Origin: Octopus vulgaris | Taxonomy: Eukaryota | DNA: 64,000 bases | Direction: 5' to 3' | Assembly: GCA_951406725.2 (NCBI GenBank) | Contig: OX597819.1 | Span: forward strand, 97,588,001-97,652,000 | Shown here: one piece after another, positions 37,808 to 51,428 of the stretch | How the letters are laid out: each line of letters opens with the position of its first letter | How positions within the stretch are numbered: position 1 is the stretch's first letter | The notes under the pieces: generated by a model | Databases searched by the model: none | Told to the model about the DNA's origin: nothing | Seen by the model: only the letters and a program-made list of their open reading frames with translations | Program-made: the position numbers and the translations under genes

Positions 37808-38433
37808 TAAAATTTTGCCACAAGGGCAGCCATTTTGGGGAAGGGGATGAGTCGATTACATCAACCCTGTTTCACTGCTACTTAATTTATCGAGTCCGAA
37901 AAAATGAAAGACAAAGTCGACCTTGACGGAATTTGAACTCAGAACGTAACGACGGGCGAAATACCTATTTCTTTACTACCCACAAGGGGCTAAACACAGG
38001 GGTACAAACAAGGACAGACAAACGGATTAAGTCGATTACATCGACCCCAGTGCATAACTGGTACTTAATTTATCGACCCCGAAAGTATGAAAGCAAAGTC
38101 GACCATGGCGAAATTTGAACTCAGAACGTAGCAAGCGAAATATCGCTAGGCGTTTCGCCCGGCGTGCTAACGTTTCAGCCAGCTCACCGCCTTAACAACA
38201 ACAACAACAACAATAATAATCCTTTCTACTATATGCACAATACCTGAAATTTGGGGGTGGGGGTGGAGTCGATTACATCGACCCCCCAGTGTTCAACTGA
38301 AACTTATTTTATCGATCCCGAAAGGATGAAAGGCAAAGTTAACCTCGGTGGAATTTGAACTCAGAATGTAACGACGGAAATATTGCTAAGCATTTCGTCC
38401 AGTGCGTTAACGATTCAGACAGTTCGCCGCCTT
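37808..38433 (-). mobile_element. Cluster of three nested/tandem SINEs with Meta-type core
   Basis: Repeated GAGTTCAAATTCCGCCGAGGTCGACTTTGCCTTTCATCCTTTCGGGGTCGATAAA-like core. Confidence 0.8.
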
Positions 38434-38489
38434 AACAACAACAAAAGTAGAATATTGTAGAGAATCTACCGTCGTATAGCGTACCTGAA

Positions 38490-38960
38490 TATAATATGAA
38501 GGCACTTACTGGAATATTTGCAGAGAAAGTATATATTTTCCTTTTGTGGGAAGAAATATTACCAAAGGAACAAAAAGGACGCAGGAAGAGATCTCAGAGC
38601 ACCAAGGATCAACTCGTTATCGTTAAGACATTTTTGAGGTATTGTAAAAACCATCATGTCAACATGTCTATGACCTGGATTGACTTTCAAGGGCATATGA
38701 TATGGTTTCTCATTCTTGGATAGTTAAATGCATGCAAATGTTTGGTGTTACTGGTAACATCACAAATTTTCTTCTGAATAGTATGTCTGAGTGGAAGATC
38801 AAGTTGTACTCGAGCTATGTATTCCTCAGAGAAGTAGAAATCAAAACGGGTATCTTTCAAGGTGACTCATTTTCACCATTAGTATTTGTCATAGCACTCA
38901 TGCCTATAAAACTGACACTTAGGAAAGTTAAAATTGATTACCAACCAAAGAAAGAACTGG
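38490..38960 (+). mobile_element. R4/Dong-clade RT fragment
   Basis: LPKEQKG..STKDQL..MTWIDF..AYDMVSHSWI..GIFQGDSFSPLVFVIALMP. Confidence 0.8.
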
Positions 38961-39060
38961 GAGAAATAAGCTATATTTCTGAGCGAGATATAAACAGTAG
39001 CAATACGGAATCGTAACATATAATTGCATATAATTGCCAAACAAGTGAACGCCATTTTCT

Positions 39061-39132
<72 letters not shown>

Positions 39133-39462
39133 TTAGTAAATCCAATATAATTTGTATGTGTTGTTTATGACTGCAATAAACGTCTCGACAAATATTTAAT
39201 ACAATGAAATTCTGTGATACCACAGTACCATCCACCGGTGTTGACGCAATATCAACTAATATCATCAATGCTTTTGAACATTTGTCGTGTACAGGAGATA
39301 ATTTCTCGGGACGTTTATGGGAGTTCTAGGCGCTATAAACAACGCATCTAACTTATGCCGGATGTGCTAATTAATATTTGTTACAAAGGTTGACTAATAT
39401 ATTAGCTAATAGCAGTGTGTGTGTGTGCGTGCGTGTGTTAATGAGCGTGTGTGTGTCTGTGA

Positions 39463-39771
39463 AGGCGCCAGGCTTAGTGGTTATGGCTCACAATCATAAG
39501 GTCGTGAGTTCAATTCCCGGCGACGTGCTGTGTCCTTGAGCAAGACACTTTATTTCATTTTGCGCCGGTCCACTCAGCTGGCAAAATATGAGTAGTACCT
39601 GTATTTCAAAGAGCCAGCGTTGTCACACTCTGTGTCATGTTGAATTTCCCCGAGAACTACATTAAGGGTATACGTGCCTGTGGAGTACTCAGCCACGTGC
39701 ATGTTAATTTTACGAGCAGGCTGTTACGTTGGTCGGATCAACTGGAACCCTCGTTGTCGTAACCGATGGAG

Positions 39772-39775
<4 letters not shown>
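39463..39775 (+). mobile_element. tRNA-derived SINE (second family)
   Basis: GGCTTAGTGGTT (A box) ... GTGAGTTCAATTCCCGG (B box), then TGTGTCCTTGAGCAAGACACTT. Confidence 0.75.
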
Positions 39776-39831
<56 letters not shown>

Positions 39832-39861
39832 GTGTGTGTGTGTGTATATACATACATATAT

Positions 39862-39918
<57 letters not shown>

Positions 39919-41059
39919 CATACATTTATGTATGTATGTATATGTGTATGTACATAAATGAGGCATTGCAGCCATCATCTCACATCTAGTTATTCGAATT
40001 TCAGCTTCTCGATCATGTCATCTGTTTAATGATTAAGAATGTGTGAAATTCAAATAATTAGATGTGAAGCGTCAGCTGTAATAACTATAAATCTCACCCC
40101 TCGGCATTGAGTACTGTTTTACACTTCTCGCCTGTATTTAGGTACTCTACAAGTACACACACACATACTTACACATGTATACATAATACTAATCATTATA
40201 TACGTATAAAAAAGGCTGAGGATCTCTACAGATGGGAAGAGCACAGGGCAAAATGAATTACGGTATTCAACTGTAGTTCTTTGCGTTCTAATGGTTAAAT
40301 CTTACCGGGGTCTACTTTATCTTACGTAGTTGTGGCTTGATAAAATAACTCTCGCCCCAAAATGTTTGACCTTGTAGTTATGTTTGAAATCTATATATTT
40401 GCAAGTGTGTGTGTGCGTTTGTGCATGAGTGCGTATGTCCGTGTATATGTCTGTGAGTGTGTCTCTATAAATGTGTACATGTATGGGAGTGTTTCTATAA
40501 AGACAAATGAGAAGTAGTTGTTTGTCGAAAAACTCAGAAGAAAGGAAAATATTTAGTTATTTTATCAACAGATATAACCATTATCTTCCGAAGACATTTA
40601 ATATTAGATAATTAGGAAAGGTCATCAAATCTATCGACATTTTCAAAAGGTGACAGGTGAAACAGACCTAATTACCTTTAGTGAAATTGGCCAATGATAT
40701 CTGGCTGAAGTCATCATCGTTGTTGTCATTGTTGTTATTGTTGTTGCCGTTGTGTAGCCCCGAGTCAGATCTGTCTGCGACAGACAAGATATGTGACCAA
40801 AAGCATTCCTGTCATAATCATCCATTAAAAAGTATCTTCGACAATAATGTTCAATGTTGCCCTTCTTTCTCTAAGACCACAGAGTCTAAGTTGAAGTTGA
40901 TTTGGCGGTTATTTCTCCCGATCTATTGACAGCATAGAGGTTCTCTCGGTGATTCGGTTTGATAGGTGCATATTGTTCTATTCATGTCAGCAGTTATTGA
41001 TTTGAAGTTGCCGGAATTATTGATTTAAATGAATAATAAACAGCTTTAGAATGTTACAG

Positions 41060-41390
41060 TGCTCTGGGAGTTATGTAGACACAAGTGGACAGTGTTACAG
41101 CGGTCTATGGGACAAGTAGGCATTGTCAACAATATTTTAGTGCTACAGGAACATGTAGACAAAAGTGAAAATGTGGTAGGGGTATATGGACCATGTGGAC
41201 ATTGTCAACAGTGTTGTGGTGTTACATGAAACATGTAATCACATGTGGACAGTGTCATAGTGGTACATGGGACATGTAGACATAATCGACAGAGTTGTAA
41301 TGTTAAAGAAGACATGTATACACAGGTGGGCCCTGTGGTAGTGGTAAATAGAACTTGTAAACATAGTCGAAAGCGTTGCAGTATTACAGG
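41060..41390 (+). repeat. Degenerate ~40-bp tandem repeat
   Basis: Recurrent GGACATGTAGACA..GTGGACAGTGT motifs; a similar decayed array lies at ~57740-58060. Confidence 0.5.
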
Positions 41391-42024
41391 AGACATAGGC
41401 GCTGATGGACTATGGGATGAGGTTACATACTACGTTTACTTCAAATCCTGCACTAATCGTAATATCCAGTTCTTTATCTCCAGAACATCTACCTTCAAGA
41501 ATCTTCAACTCTTAGTCCATGTTGTTTCCTCTGTTACCAACTTGTAACTATTCGATAGGAATATGGAACCTTTACTTATCCAAGGCACTTTCATAAGTTT
41601 GCCCTAAAAGTCCATGCTTGTTCGCTGACTTGTTTCATACGTTCTCACTAAAATAATTCTTTCCATTCTTAAATTGCAAGTTACTTTGGTGCATGCTCGT
41701 CGCTAAGGGAGTGCATTGGACGGCACTGTCCCTTCACTATTCAATGATGCATCCTCAGATTTACAGTGATAAACTTATTTTGAAACTCCACTTTAGCATT
41801 ATTACAAATTAATGCCCACTTAGAATATTCTGAAGCACCCTTCTGCTCCGAAGTCTGGTGACGGGCTAGCTCTGTGATTGAAAAAAATTGGGAATATATA
41901 TAATATATGATGCATGGAGACCAGAGAAATATATACTGTGTATCACATGTGACACAGAGGTCAGACAAAAAGTTGACTGTGCCAATCTCACAGATTCTTG
42001 TGGTATGGACACATCCATGCTTCC

Positions 42025-42382
42025 CAACCACATGGTTCCAGGTTCGGTCCCACAGCATGCACCTTGTGCAAAGCCTTGTGAGTGGATGTTGTAGACGGAA
42101 ACTGAAATAAGCCCGTCGTACATAAGTATTTATGTACACACACGCGCGCACATACGAGTGGGTTTCCTTGTGTCTGCGTTTGTCCCGCACCACTGCTTGA
42201 CAACCGGTGTTGGTGTGTTCTCGTCCCCGTAACTTAGCGGTTCAGCAAAAAGAACCCGATAGAATAAGTATCAGGCTTATCAAAAATAAGTACTGGGGTT
42301 GATTCACTCGACTAAAAATTCTTCAAGGCGGTTCCCCAGCATGGCCGCAGTCTGATGACTGAAACAAGTAAAAGGTAAAAGA
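42025..42382 (+). mobile_element. SINE (microsatellite-containing family), near full length
   Basis: GGTTCGGTCCCAC ... GTAGACGGAAACTGAAA ... AAGGCGGTTCCCCAGCATGGCCGCAGTC. Confidence 0.8.
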
Positions 42383-43134
42383 ATCTCAGTAGAAACATCT
42401 AAAATGGCAGATCTGTTTAATAGAAATGATCTTAAAAACGCGTTAGATTAAAAACACCACTCTGTTCAGTTTTCACCTTTTCGATTTTGTCATTCATATT
42501 TAAAGTATATAAATCGTATTACTTAAATCAGATGTACATTAAATATGGGCATGGATGAAATAATCTTCAGGGAAATCACAAACCACGGTACAGTGTGCAC
42601 ACAGCTCTAGAGATAATGTCTGCTGCATCATATGCAATAAAAATAACATAAAAGCGCCATAATTGGTAACAAATACTTCACACCTAGAAGTCAAATCACT
42701 GATGGAATAATAAAGCTTGCTGAACGAACATGAAAGCTGTAAATTTTATGAAAACAGAGTTTCCATTACTGTGTACAAACAGTATAATAATTTAATTGAA
42801 CTATATAAATAAATAGATATATGATACATGCATACAGACAGGCACACACACACAGACACACAAAGACATAGATACAGACACAGACACCAACACACACATA
42901 CACACACACTCACGCACACACACATACATGCACACACACATACATGCGTAAACATATGAATATATGTACACATACATATACTATTCTGTATATCTTACTT
43001 AATGTGGATACGCTGTAGAAAGCCACAAAACTGCGGTATTCGTCTTGAGAAAGCATCTCGTATAGACGTATAGAGCTAAAAGGCACAGAAGTGTATCAGC
43101 AGGAGCCGAAAAGCGCCCAGCAGCGGTGGTGGAA

Positions 43135-43179
43135 TTACTAAATCTAGATTTCAGCGTCTTTGCGCGTCATCAGTAGCAA
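43135..43179 (-). ncRNA. Type I hammerhead-like motif
   Basis: TTGCTA-CTGATGA-CGCGCAAAGACGCT-GAA-ATCTAGAT-T^-TAGTAA. Palindromic stem III; stem II has a C-U mismatch at its base. Confidence 0.6.
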
Positions 43180-44599
43180 ATATTCACTATCAACCGCGTG
43201 CTTAGACACATTTACCCTCTACGATATAGAAAAAATAGTGACTGAGAAATAACTGCTGTCGTAAATAGCCGGCAAGCAGAGTAAAATTTCGTCATTAGCG
43301 ATAACTAAATGCCGTCCGTTGGCGATTTCTTCTCTCCTCCTTCTTTGGACTTTTCCCTTTCTCCTTTCCGACGAAGAGCTATGCACAAAACATTAAACTC
43401 TTTTCTTTCACAGAGCGTCAAGTTAATATGCTTCTTGTGCACGTACTCACATTCGTTTTTTATCCATTTTTTCGAATTGTTTATTTATTTGAATTGGTTA
43501 TATATATATATATATAAAGCAAAAAATGGAACAAGAACGTAACAAGCGATAACAAAACATCCGGACAGTTAGACGATGCAAAAAAAAGAACAGGAAAAAA
43601 CAAGGACGGGTCATTCGGAGCTTCCTATCTTCAGTCGAATTCCAGATCATCTTTGCAGTTTCGGCCGGTTACACTCGAGACTGCTCCAATCTGGCCGTCC
43701 CCAAGATAATCTAAGCTAAGAGCACTAGACTCCTTGGAACAAAGCAAACGAATGTATACGAAAAGAAGGACGTAAAAAAAACGTAGAAATAGTACACAAT
43801 TACAAATACAAACAACAGGTGTCTATCGACTAAGCTGGCGTATGAGGAAGTGAAGCCTTACGGCAGGAACATAAGACATGGCAGTCATGGGAAGGAATAT
43901 AAGAGACGTTACACAGGTGGTAGTCGAACCAAGAAAGAAAGGTCAGACTTGACGGAACACCGGTCACGTGGAAGGAGAGAGGTAGGGAGCAGAGGGATTG
44001 AAGAATTATGGAGGGACGAGAAAGAGAGAAAAAGAAAGGAAAGGGACAGAGTGAGGTAAAAGAGGAGAGAGAGTGAGAATGAAGGGAAGGCCAAGATATG
44101 TGAGAGAGGGAGGCATGAAAAAGAAAAGTGGAAAGAACGGAGAAAGTGTGAAGGGGGCTAAAAGAAAGAGTAAAAGAGTCGTACAGAATTTAGATATGTA
44201 TATGTACTTACATGCAGGAGACCAAAAGTGTACGTACGCCGCTATATGCATATATAAAAACAAAAAAACAAAAAATGGTACACGAACGTAACAGGCGACA
44301 ACAAAACATCCGGACATAGCTAATAACGAAATTTTATTCTATTCACTTTTTCATATATACACTTACCCAAACACATACAAGTGTACGTACATACATACAT
44401 ACATACATACATACATACATACATACATACATACATACATGCATAACACACAAACAAACATACATTTGGTTATAGGTTCACATTGGTGTGAATAATTGCA
44501 ATTAAGCGTATACGCACACACTCTCACACACGTCTTCAATTAGGGTAGCTGGAAAAAAAAAAAAAAGCCCAAAACAAAAAATCTGCTGAAAAATGAACC

Positions 44600-45150
44600 A
44601 ACATACTGACTGGTTATCGATGAAGAACAGGAAAGTAACCGCTGTTGTTGTTTTGAACGAGAGAAACGGAATATACACATTGATGAAAAAATTTTTGGAT
44701 GTAAAAAATACCGTAAACATTAGCGAAAAAAAATAAATAAACGCGATCGCATTTAGGCCACTCAGGAGCATAAGAATTAGATGACACCGAATTGGTTAAA
44801 AGTTTTGTGGTCTGATGGTCGAAATTTAATTTTTTTCGTTTCTGATTGCCAAATATATGTCCAGTTCACATTGGTAAAGAATTTCATTCAGCGTAGATAA
44901 ATAACTTAGTAGTAACGATGTTATGCTTAGAGTTGCATGACAAGATAAGGTACAGCAGATGAAGGTCGCCGTGAAATGTATAGTGAATATAGAGATTTTT
45001 GGGGAAAGCTATACTTTCATATGTCAAGAGGTTTTTGGGCCAGTTGTGAACTTTTGATAATAATGACTCGATTCATATCATATGAACCATCAGATGTAAG
45101 AATCTCCAAGTGTCATAACGGCTAGCTAATTCTCGGGATTGAAAAATGAG
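44600..45150 (+). mobile_element. Highly decayed Tc1-like transposase remnant
   Basis: W.KVLWSDG.KFN-like and DNDS.H-like traces. Confidence 0.35.
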
Positions 45151-45639
45151 AGAAAACTTAAAGAAACAGGGGACATGAGCATTCAACAAAGGAAATTTAC
45201 GCAGCAAGGGTATTGTATGATTACATGTCTACAAAATGGGAAGAGATTCCAGATGAGACCAACAAACTTCAATACCTTATACTTGTGATTCCAGTTTTGA
45301 GAAATTTCGGGTACATGACCAAATATTAGTGTCATATGATTGTATTCTTCTCGCTCTTTAATGCACAAGTCCATTTTCATGAAACAACCTACAGGATTTA
45401 AATATCTAAAAATTAACTGACGTTCATTTTTGTGGTATTAAGACTACTTAGATTAAACACATAAGAAGTCTTTAGGTGGTTGAAATAAATCCAAAACAAA
45501 ATGGAAAATAAGTTCTTACCCTTATGCTCAAAAGAATACTACCATTCTGCAACTAAACCATTAAACTATATAAAATTACTAGATGACATATTGAGCTAAG
45601 AAGCAAAAATCATATCATATGCGAGAAAGGTAAGTATGA

Positions 45640-46905
45640 GCTACAGCCAATCATTATGAACCACTATCCCCCACAAACTAAAACTCCTTTGAGGATCATA
45701 TGGTTGCATATGTTTCATCATACTTGATTGATATTTCCTGTTCCTTGATTGCAAACTCATACTCTTCAAAGTGGGAAGTAGTAATCCGGTTATTGGTCCA
45801 TGATAGACTATTTTGATGATAAATGTTACTATCATCTTGGAGCTTTCTACTAACATGTTCATACATAGTCTTCTGCTCATATATGCTCATCCTTTCATCT
45901 GATGATACGTTGCGGTAGAGTCGTGCGACTTCTTTGAGCATGTATTCTAGGTTATCAGACGAAGAGTGTTGCTCAATGAGCAGCCTTCCAAGTCTTATGA
46001 TGTTATCAGCCTCATGTATGCAAACTTGCTCAAGGGATGTACTTCGACACTTGGTGGTTAAAAGATGTTGCCGAAGGGATATGATACGACATTCAAAGGC
46101 ACTTTCGATCGATGCCACCTTGTTTTCGTTTTAGGTAGTGGCGGTCTGCGACACTGTTTATGTGGAAATTGTGTGCATGTTAGTATTTTTCAGGTTTTCA
46201 CATCAATGGCTCGGATATCTTCAAGCGTCCAATCAAACACATTGTGGGCCACTGTTCTGTTGAGAGCAGAGAGTTCTGAGGTCCAAATTTTCTTTATTCA
46301 GCTGTAATATTCTTTAGTGATAAGTGTTTTGTTACAGGCGCCCTTGTAAAATATATTTTTATCCACTCCTAGATACCAGTAACATTCCTCGTCAGATATA
46401 GGGAAAACAGTCAAGTCATTGATAGAGATATTGCTAGTTTTGTTTACAGTTTTCCTCCTTTTCACAACCATATAACATTTATCCTGATCAAACTCCAACC
46501 CTACATCCTTTGAGAATGTTGTAACTAGAGCAAGGCTCTTTTCATCTCGTGCATATTCTTTGCATAAAGTTCTAAGTCATCCACAAAGAAACAGTGTATA
46601 ATTTTGGTATTTCACTTTCTTTGTGAACCAGTGAGATATCCTTCAGATTTCCTTAATATGAATTACAAGGAGTTTACAGAAAGAATAAACATCAAAGAGA
46701 GGTTGTCCACTTGGAATATACGGTACTGTATTTTATCAGTGATAATACAATCACTCTTTGTGTTTAATTTCAAGATGGTGGCCCACGATGAAGTCCGGTC
46801 AGCTATGGCTTTGATTATGCTCACTGGAAATTTAGCAAGTTGAAGTGCTTCTAGCATCCAAGTGTGGGGAACTGAGTCAAAAGCTTTCTTGTAGGCTACC
46901 CACAT
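45640..46905 (-). mobile_element. R4/Dong-clade LINE RT/thumb remnant
   Basis: WVAYKKAFDSVPHTWMLEAL, IFQ, FVDDLEL, YWYLGV and FAIKEQEI. Confidence 0.82.
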
Positions 46906-46996
46906 TGAAAGTAGGTTCCTCCTATGTATGTATGTATGTATGTATGTATGTATGTATGTATGTATGTATGTATGTATGTATGTATGTATGTATGTA

Positions 46997-47027
<31 letters not shown>

Positions 47028-47044
47028 ATGCATGTATGTATGTA

Positions 47045-47173
47045 TGTGCAGATTTGTATGTTTTATGTATTCATTCTCATTCATATATTTGCATATCTAG
47101 ATATGCTCATATATATTTCAATGATAAACTTCTGGAAATCTTACAGATTTTTACAGTTCCAGTGATGGATTGG

Positions 47174-47175
<2 letters not shown>
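47045..47175 (-). mobile_element. R4/Dong-clade 3' end stub within (TATG)n
   Basis: Reverse complement of ~49145-49275, flanked on both sides by (TATG)n. Confidence 0.75.
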
Positions 47176-47204
<29 letters not shown>

Positions 47205-47533
47205 TGTATGTATGTATGTATGTATGTATGTATGTATGTATGTATGTATTAACATGTATGTATGTGTTGTGTGTGTGTGTGTGTGTGCTTGCGTGCATGG
47301 GCGGGCGGGCGTGTTGTGTTGTGTGTATGGGTTATTTTGACAGGAAGTAGCCTCTACGGAGAGGCCGTCCGTTTCATCAATCTAATATATTAACCAGGCA
47401 TCAATCTCACCGGTGCCGGTGAACCTGAGAAGGCCATGGGCACTGCCACCTCATTCAGATGTAGTATGTAATAAACACACGCATACTCACACGCACGCAC
47501 ACACTCACACAGACACAGACACAGACACACACA

Positions 47534-47586
<53 letters not shown>

Positions 47587-47699
47587 CATACACATACATA
47601 CACACATGCACAAGCACACGCACATACACAATCTTATTTTGAAAATGAAAACTCAAAAAGTCAATACTAAACATGATTACCATGGTGACTATAGAGCGA

Positions 47700-48020
47700 C
47701 ATTGGTGGTAGAGGGTGGTGGTTGTGGCGGTGGTGGTGATAGTAGTACGATGGACAGTGGTGGTAGCAGTGGAGTGGGACTGGAATTGATAGCCGTAGTG
47801 GTGTCGGTTGGAGAAGTGATAGCAGCAGAGTTATTGACCTTGGTGGTGGAGGTGACGGCAGCAGCGGTGGTGGTGGTGGTGGTGGTGGTGCTGGCTGCGG
47901 CGGCGGCGGCGGTGGTGGTGGCGACGTCGTCGGTAGTGGTGATGATGGTGGCGTTGGTGGTGGTGGTGGTGGTGGTGGTGGTGGTGATGGTAGTGGTGGT
48001 ATTGGTGTTGGTGGTGGTGT
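47700..48020 (+). repeat. Compound (GGT)n/(GGC)n triplet repeat
   Basis: Direct inspection. Confidence 0.9.
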
Positions 48021-48457
48021 ATGTTATGAGACAACATTTATCAGAGGAGTACACAGCATGTTAATGCCAACAGTAGGGGATATGACAACAGTTACGACTA
48101 TAGTTTTACTCTTCCCCCTTCTTTCCTTCCATCTTTCATCCTCTTTTGTAGTAATTGTTGCTTTACAGATTAATGATTCCCTTCTGACCTTACTGTATTG
48201 TGAACGATTCAAAACATACTGAAACATAAACTCGTATATACATGTGAGAGCATTTGTAAATGAGTTTCTATACAGCCGTCCACACACCCATCCATCCATG
48301 AATACATATATCCATCCATCCATCCATCCATCCATCCATCTAGCCTACAAGCCAGCCAACCAGCCTGCCAGCGATACATACATACATACATACATACATA
48401 CATACATACATACATACATACATACATACATACATACGTACATACGTACATACATAC

Positions 48458-49277
48458 ATCATCAAAGCAGTTTATCAGGGACCAATAGCCGGATTACTAC
48501 CTCCCACTTTGAAGGGTATGCGTATGCAATCCAAGAACAGGAAATATCAGCCAGATACCTGATGCACAAAAGGGATAGAAATGCAGGAAAAGCTGTAAAG
48601 TGTGATAACCGATGCAGTTTGATTTTGTGGAGTTCACACTGAAGATATTACCCACATCATAAGCAGTTGTCCGAAAATGTCATCACAGTATTATCTACCG
48701 ATGAGACATGACGTTGTAGCTAGGACGCTCTATAATGAAATCCATCAGAAGGATAATCTCGAGGACAAAGAAATAAGAACCCACAGTGTGGCAGAAAGGA
48801 CAGCCACTCATAATAAAAAGGAATACTGGTGGAATGTATCAGTGAAGACCTCAATAAGCACAACAGACCTGATATGATGATTTGGGATAGGGAAGAGAAA
48901 CTGTGTACAGTTGTGGAAATTAGCTGCCCAGCTGATGTTAACATAAAAGCTGAAGATCAGTGAAAAAGAGAACACCTATGCTGAGCTATTGAGAAATCTG
49001 CAGTTACTCTATCAAGATTAAAAGTTCAAGTTTATACCTATAATCATTGGGACCTTGGGATATGTAACACACTGCCTAAATATCAATCTTGAGAAATTAG
49101 GCTTCTCAAAACCAGGAAGGAGAAAACTAATTCGAAGACTACAGATCCAGTCCATCACCGGAACTGTAAAAATCTGTAAAACTTTCCAGATGTTTATCAC
49201 TTAAATATATATGAGCATGTCTAGATATGCAACTATATGTATGACAATACATACATAAAACATACAAATTTGCACAT
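48458..49277 (+). mobile_element. R4/Dong-clade LINE 3' end with RLE endonuclease, in (TACA)n
   Basis: YAIQEQEI, CDNRC..EDITHIISSC, RHDVVARTLY and RPDMMIWDREEKLCTVVEISCP; (CATA)n on both sides. Confidence 0.85.
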
Positions 49278-49799
49278 ACATACATATATACATAGACACA
49301 TACATACATACATACATACATACATACATACATACATACATACATACATACATACATACATTACATACATACATATCTTTGCAACAGCATTGACACGCAT
49401 AGTAACCCCTCTGGACGTGCGATGAGAACATTACATCTCACCTTAGAAAGGCTACAGTTTCTTTGCTATCCAAGAACAGGAGACAGCAACAAAATACCTG
49501 ATCAATAAGAGAGATAAAGATGCTTCTTGACTTCTACGTCGTGAGAGAAAATGTCGATTGTGCCATAGCAGTGTGGAAGATATCACTCATATTATCAGCA
49601 TCTTTTCAAAAGTGTCCGTGAAATTCTTCCTTCTCACAAGACATCACATTGTCCCCAAGACAGTCTACAATACTGTAAGCTGAAAGGATTGTCTTTTCTG
49701 CAAAAGGCGCACAAGAACCAGACATTATCCACACCTTTAAAAGTATAGAATAGTTTCAATAAAAACAACAACCCACTGTAAGTACAACAGGATAGATGT

Positions 49800-50145
49800 T
49801 GTTACTTACTTAGTTAGTTAGTTAGTTAGTTAATTTGGCTCAAAATCAAATAGCAAGGCCATGTAGGGGGACATGAAGTTAAGTACAGGGTGGTGTTCAT
49901 GTAAAGAGTTCAGGCCACTTGAGGTCCAGGAGGCTTTGAACAAAGCGGTCGTCGGCATCTTCACCATCTCGTCTGGCAGCTTGTTCCATGGATCCGCAAC
50001 CCGGACGGAGAAAGCTCCTCTCCTTCGATTGAGATGAAATCGTCGCAGGTAGAGCTTTTCGGAATGACCCCGCAGCCGACGCTCTGGAGCAGGAGTGAAG
50101 AACAGCTCTTTCGAGAGGTTACACTTTCCGCTTATGATGTTGTGG
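49800..50145 (-). mobile_element. CR1/L2-group LINE 3' end with (TAAC)n tail
   Basis: RLRGHSEKLY..RRGAFSVRVADPWNKLP; AACT-type repeat tail. Confidence 0.8.
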
Positions 50146-50475
50146 GGCAGGGAGCAAAAGTCGCGTACCATATTAGAGATCAACTACTCGGAGGATATGA
50201 ATGTTTCACCAAAAACTGGGGAAAGGGAGAACATATATGGAAAACTTATAAGAAACTCATAGCTCTTAAATCCAAGCTATAGATTTTTCATTCTTTCTTA
50301 TTATCCTAGGTGTATTGGTTACGTAACAACCGAACTGTGTAAAAAAACTAGAGTTGCTTGAGTTCTTCGAAAAAGAGCAGAACAGATTGATTCACATTCT
50401 CGAAATACACATTTCAAAGGATTCTTCATTTAAGGTAACTGGATCACCATATGCGCACAATCACTGCTATATATA

Positions 50476-50705
50476 TTTCTTTACTACCCACGAGGGGCTA
50501 AACACAGAGAGGACAAACAAGAACAGACAAACAGATTAAGTCGATTACATCGACCCCAGTGCGTAACTGGTACTTAATTTATCGACCCTGAAAGGATGAA
50601 AGGCAAAGTCGACCTCGGCGGAATTTGAACTCAGAATGTAGCGGCAGACGAAATACGGCTACGCATTTCGCCCAGCGTGCTAACGTTTCTGCCAGCTCGC
50701 CGCCA
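50476..50705 (-). mobile_element. Full-length Meta-core SINE with Tx1-like tail
   Basis: GGCGGCGAGCTGGCAGAAACGTTAGC...GTCGACTTTGCCTTTCATCC...GTTTAGCCCCTCGTGGGTAGTAAAGAAA. Confidence 0.85.
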
Positions 50706-50755
50706 TTTCTCTCCTATATATGGTATGTACAAACACACACGCATAAGCAGTAATG

Positions 50756-50811
<56 letters not shown>

Positions 50812-51216
50812 ACACACTTGTGTTCCATTGTAAAACGCACAACCAGGAGTGCAAGTTTATGAAGCACCAGCATATGCATGACACACACAAGTATGCATAC
50901 ATCAACCATTTCAGTTAACCACAAACCTCAAGAACTGTCTTACTCTAAATAAAAGAGCCTTGCTGCATTCTTAGCGACCAGCCTGCTTCCTGCAAAGTAA
51001 AGAAAAGTTAAATAAATTCCAAGTACACAGAAATGTAATTAAAATTTCTGTTTATGTATCAACTCTATAGGTTACATATATCACATCTAGATTGATCAAC
51101 CCAACCCAACTCCAGAGAAACAAACAGCCAATATGTTCATATACTCAACAAATTCAGCAGACGCAGAAATATTTATATATGTATTTATGTACGTATATAT
51201 ATATAAATATATATAA

Positions 51217-51253
<37 letters not shown>

Positions 51254-51257
<4 letters not shown>

Positions 51258-51316
51258 AAATTTGATTTAATACTAAATTAAATTTTTCCCTGTAAGTTTG
51301 GAGTTATACTCCTTAA

Positions 51317-51368
<52 letters not shown>

Positions 51369-51428
51369 TTAAGGAGTATAACTCCAAACTTACAGGGAAA
51401 AATTTAATTTAGTATTAAATCAAATTTC

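Noticed and set aside
47606-48064. Poly-Val/Thr/His ORFs resembling mucin or membrane proteins
   Set aside because: Open in several frames only because of the (GGT)n repeat; no splice or homology support.
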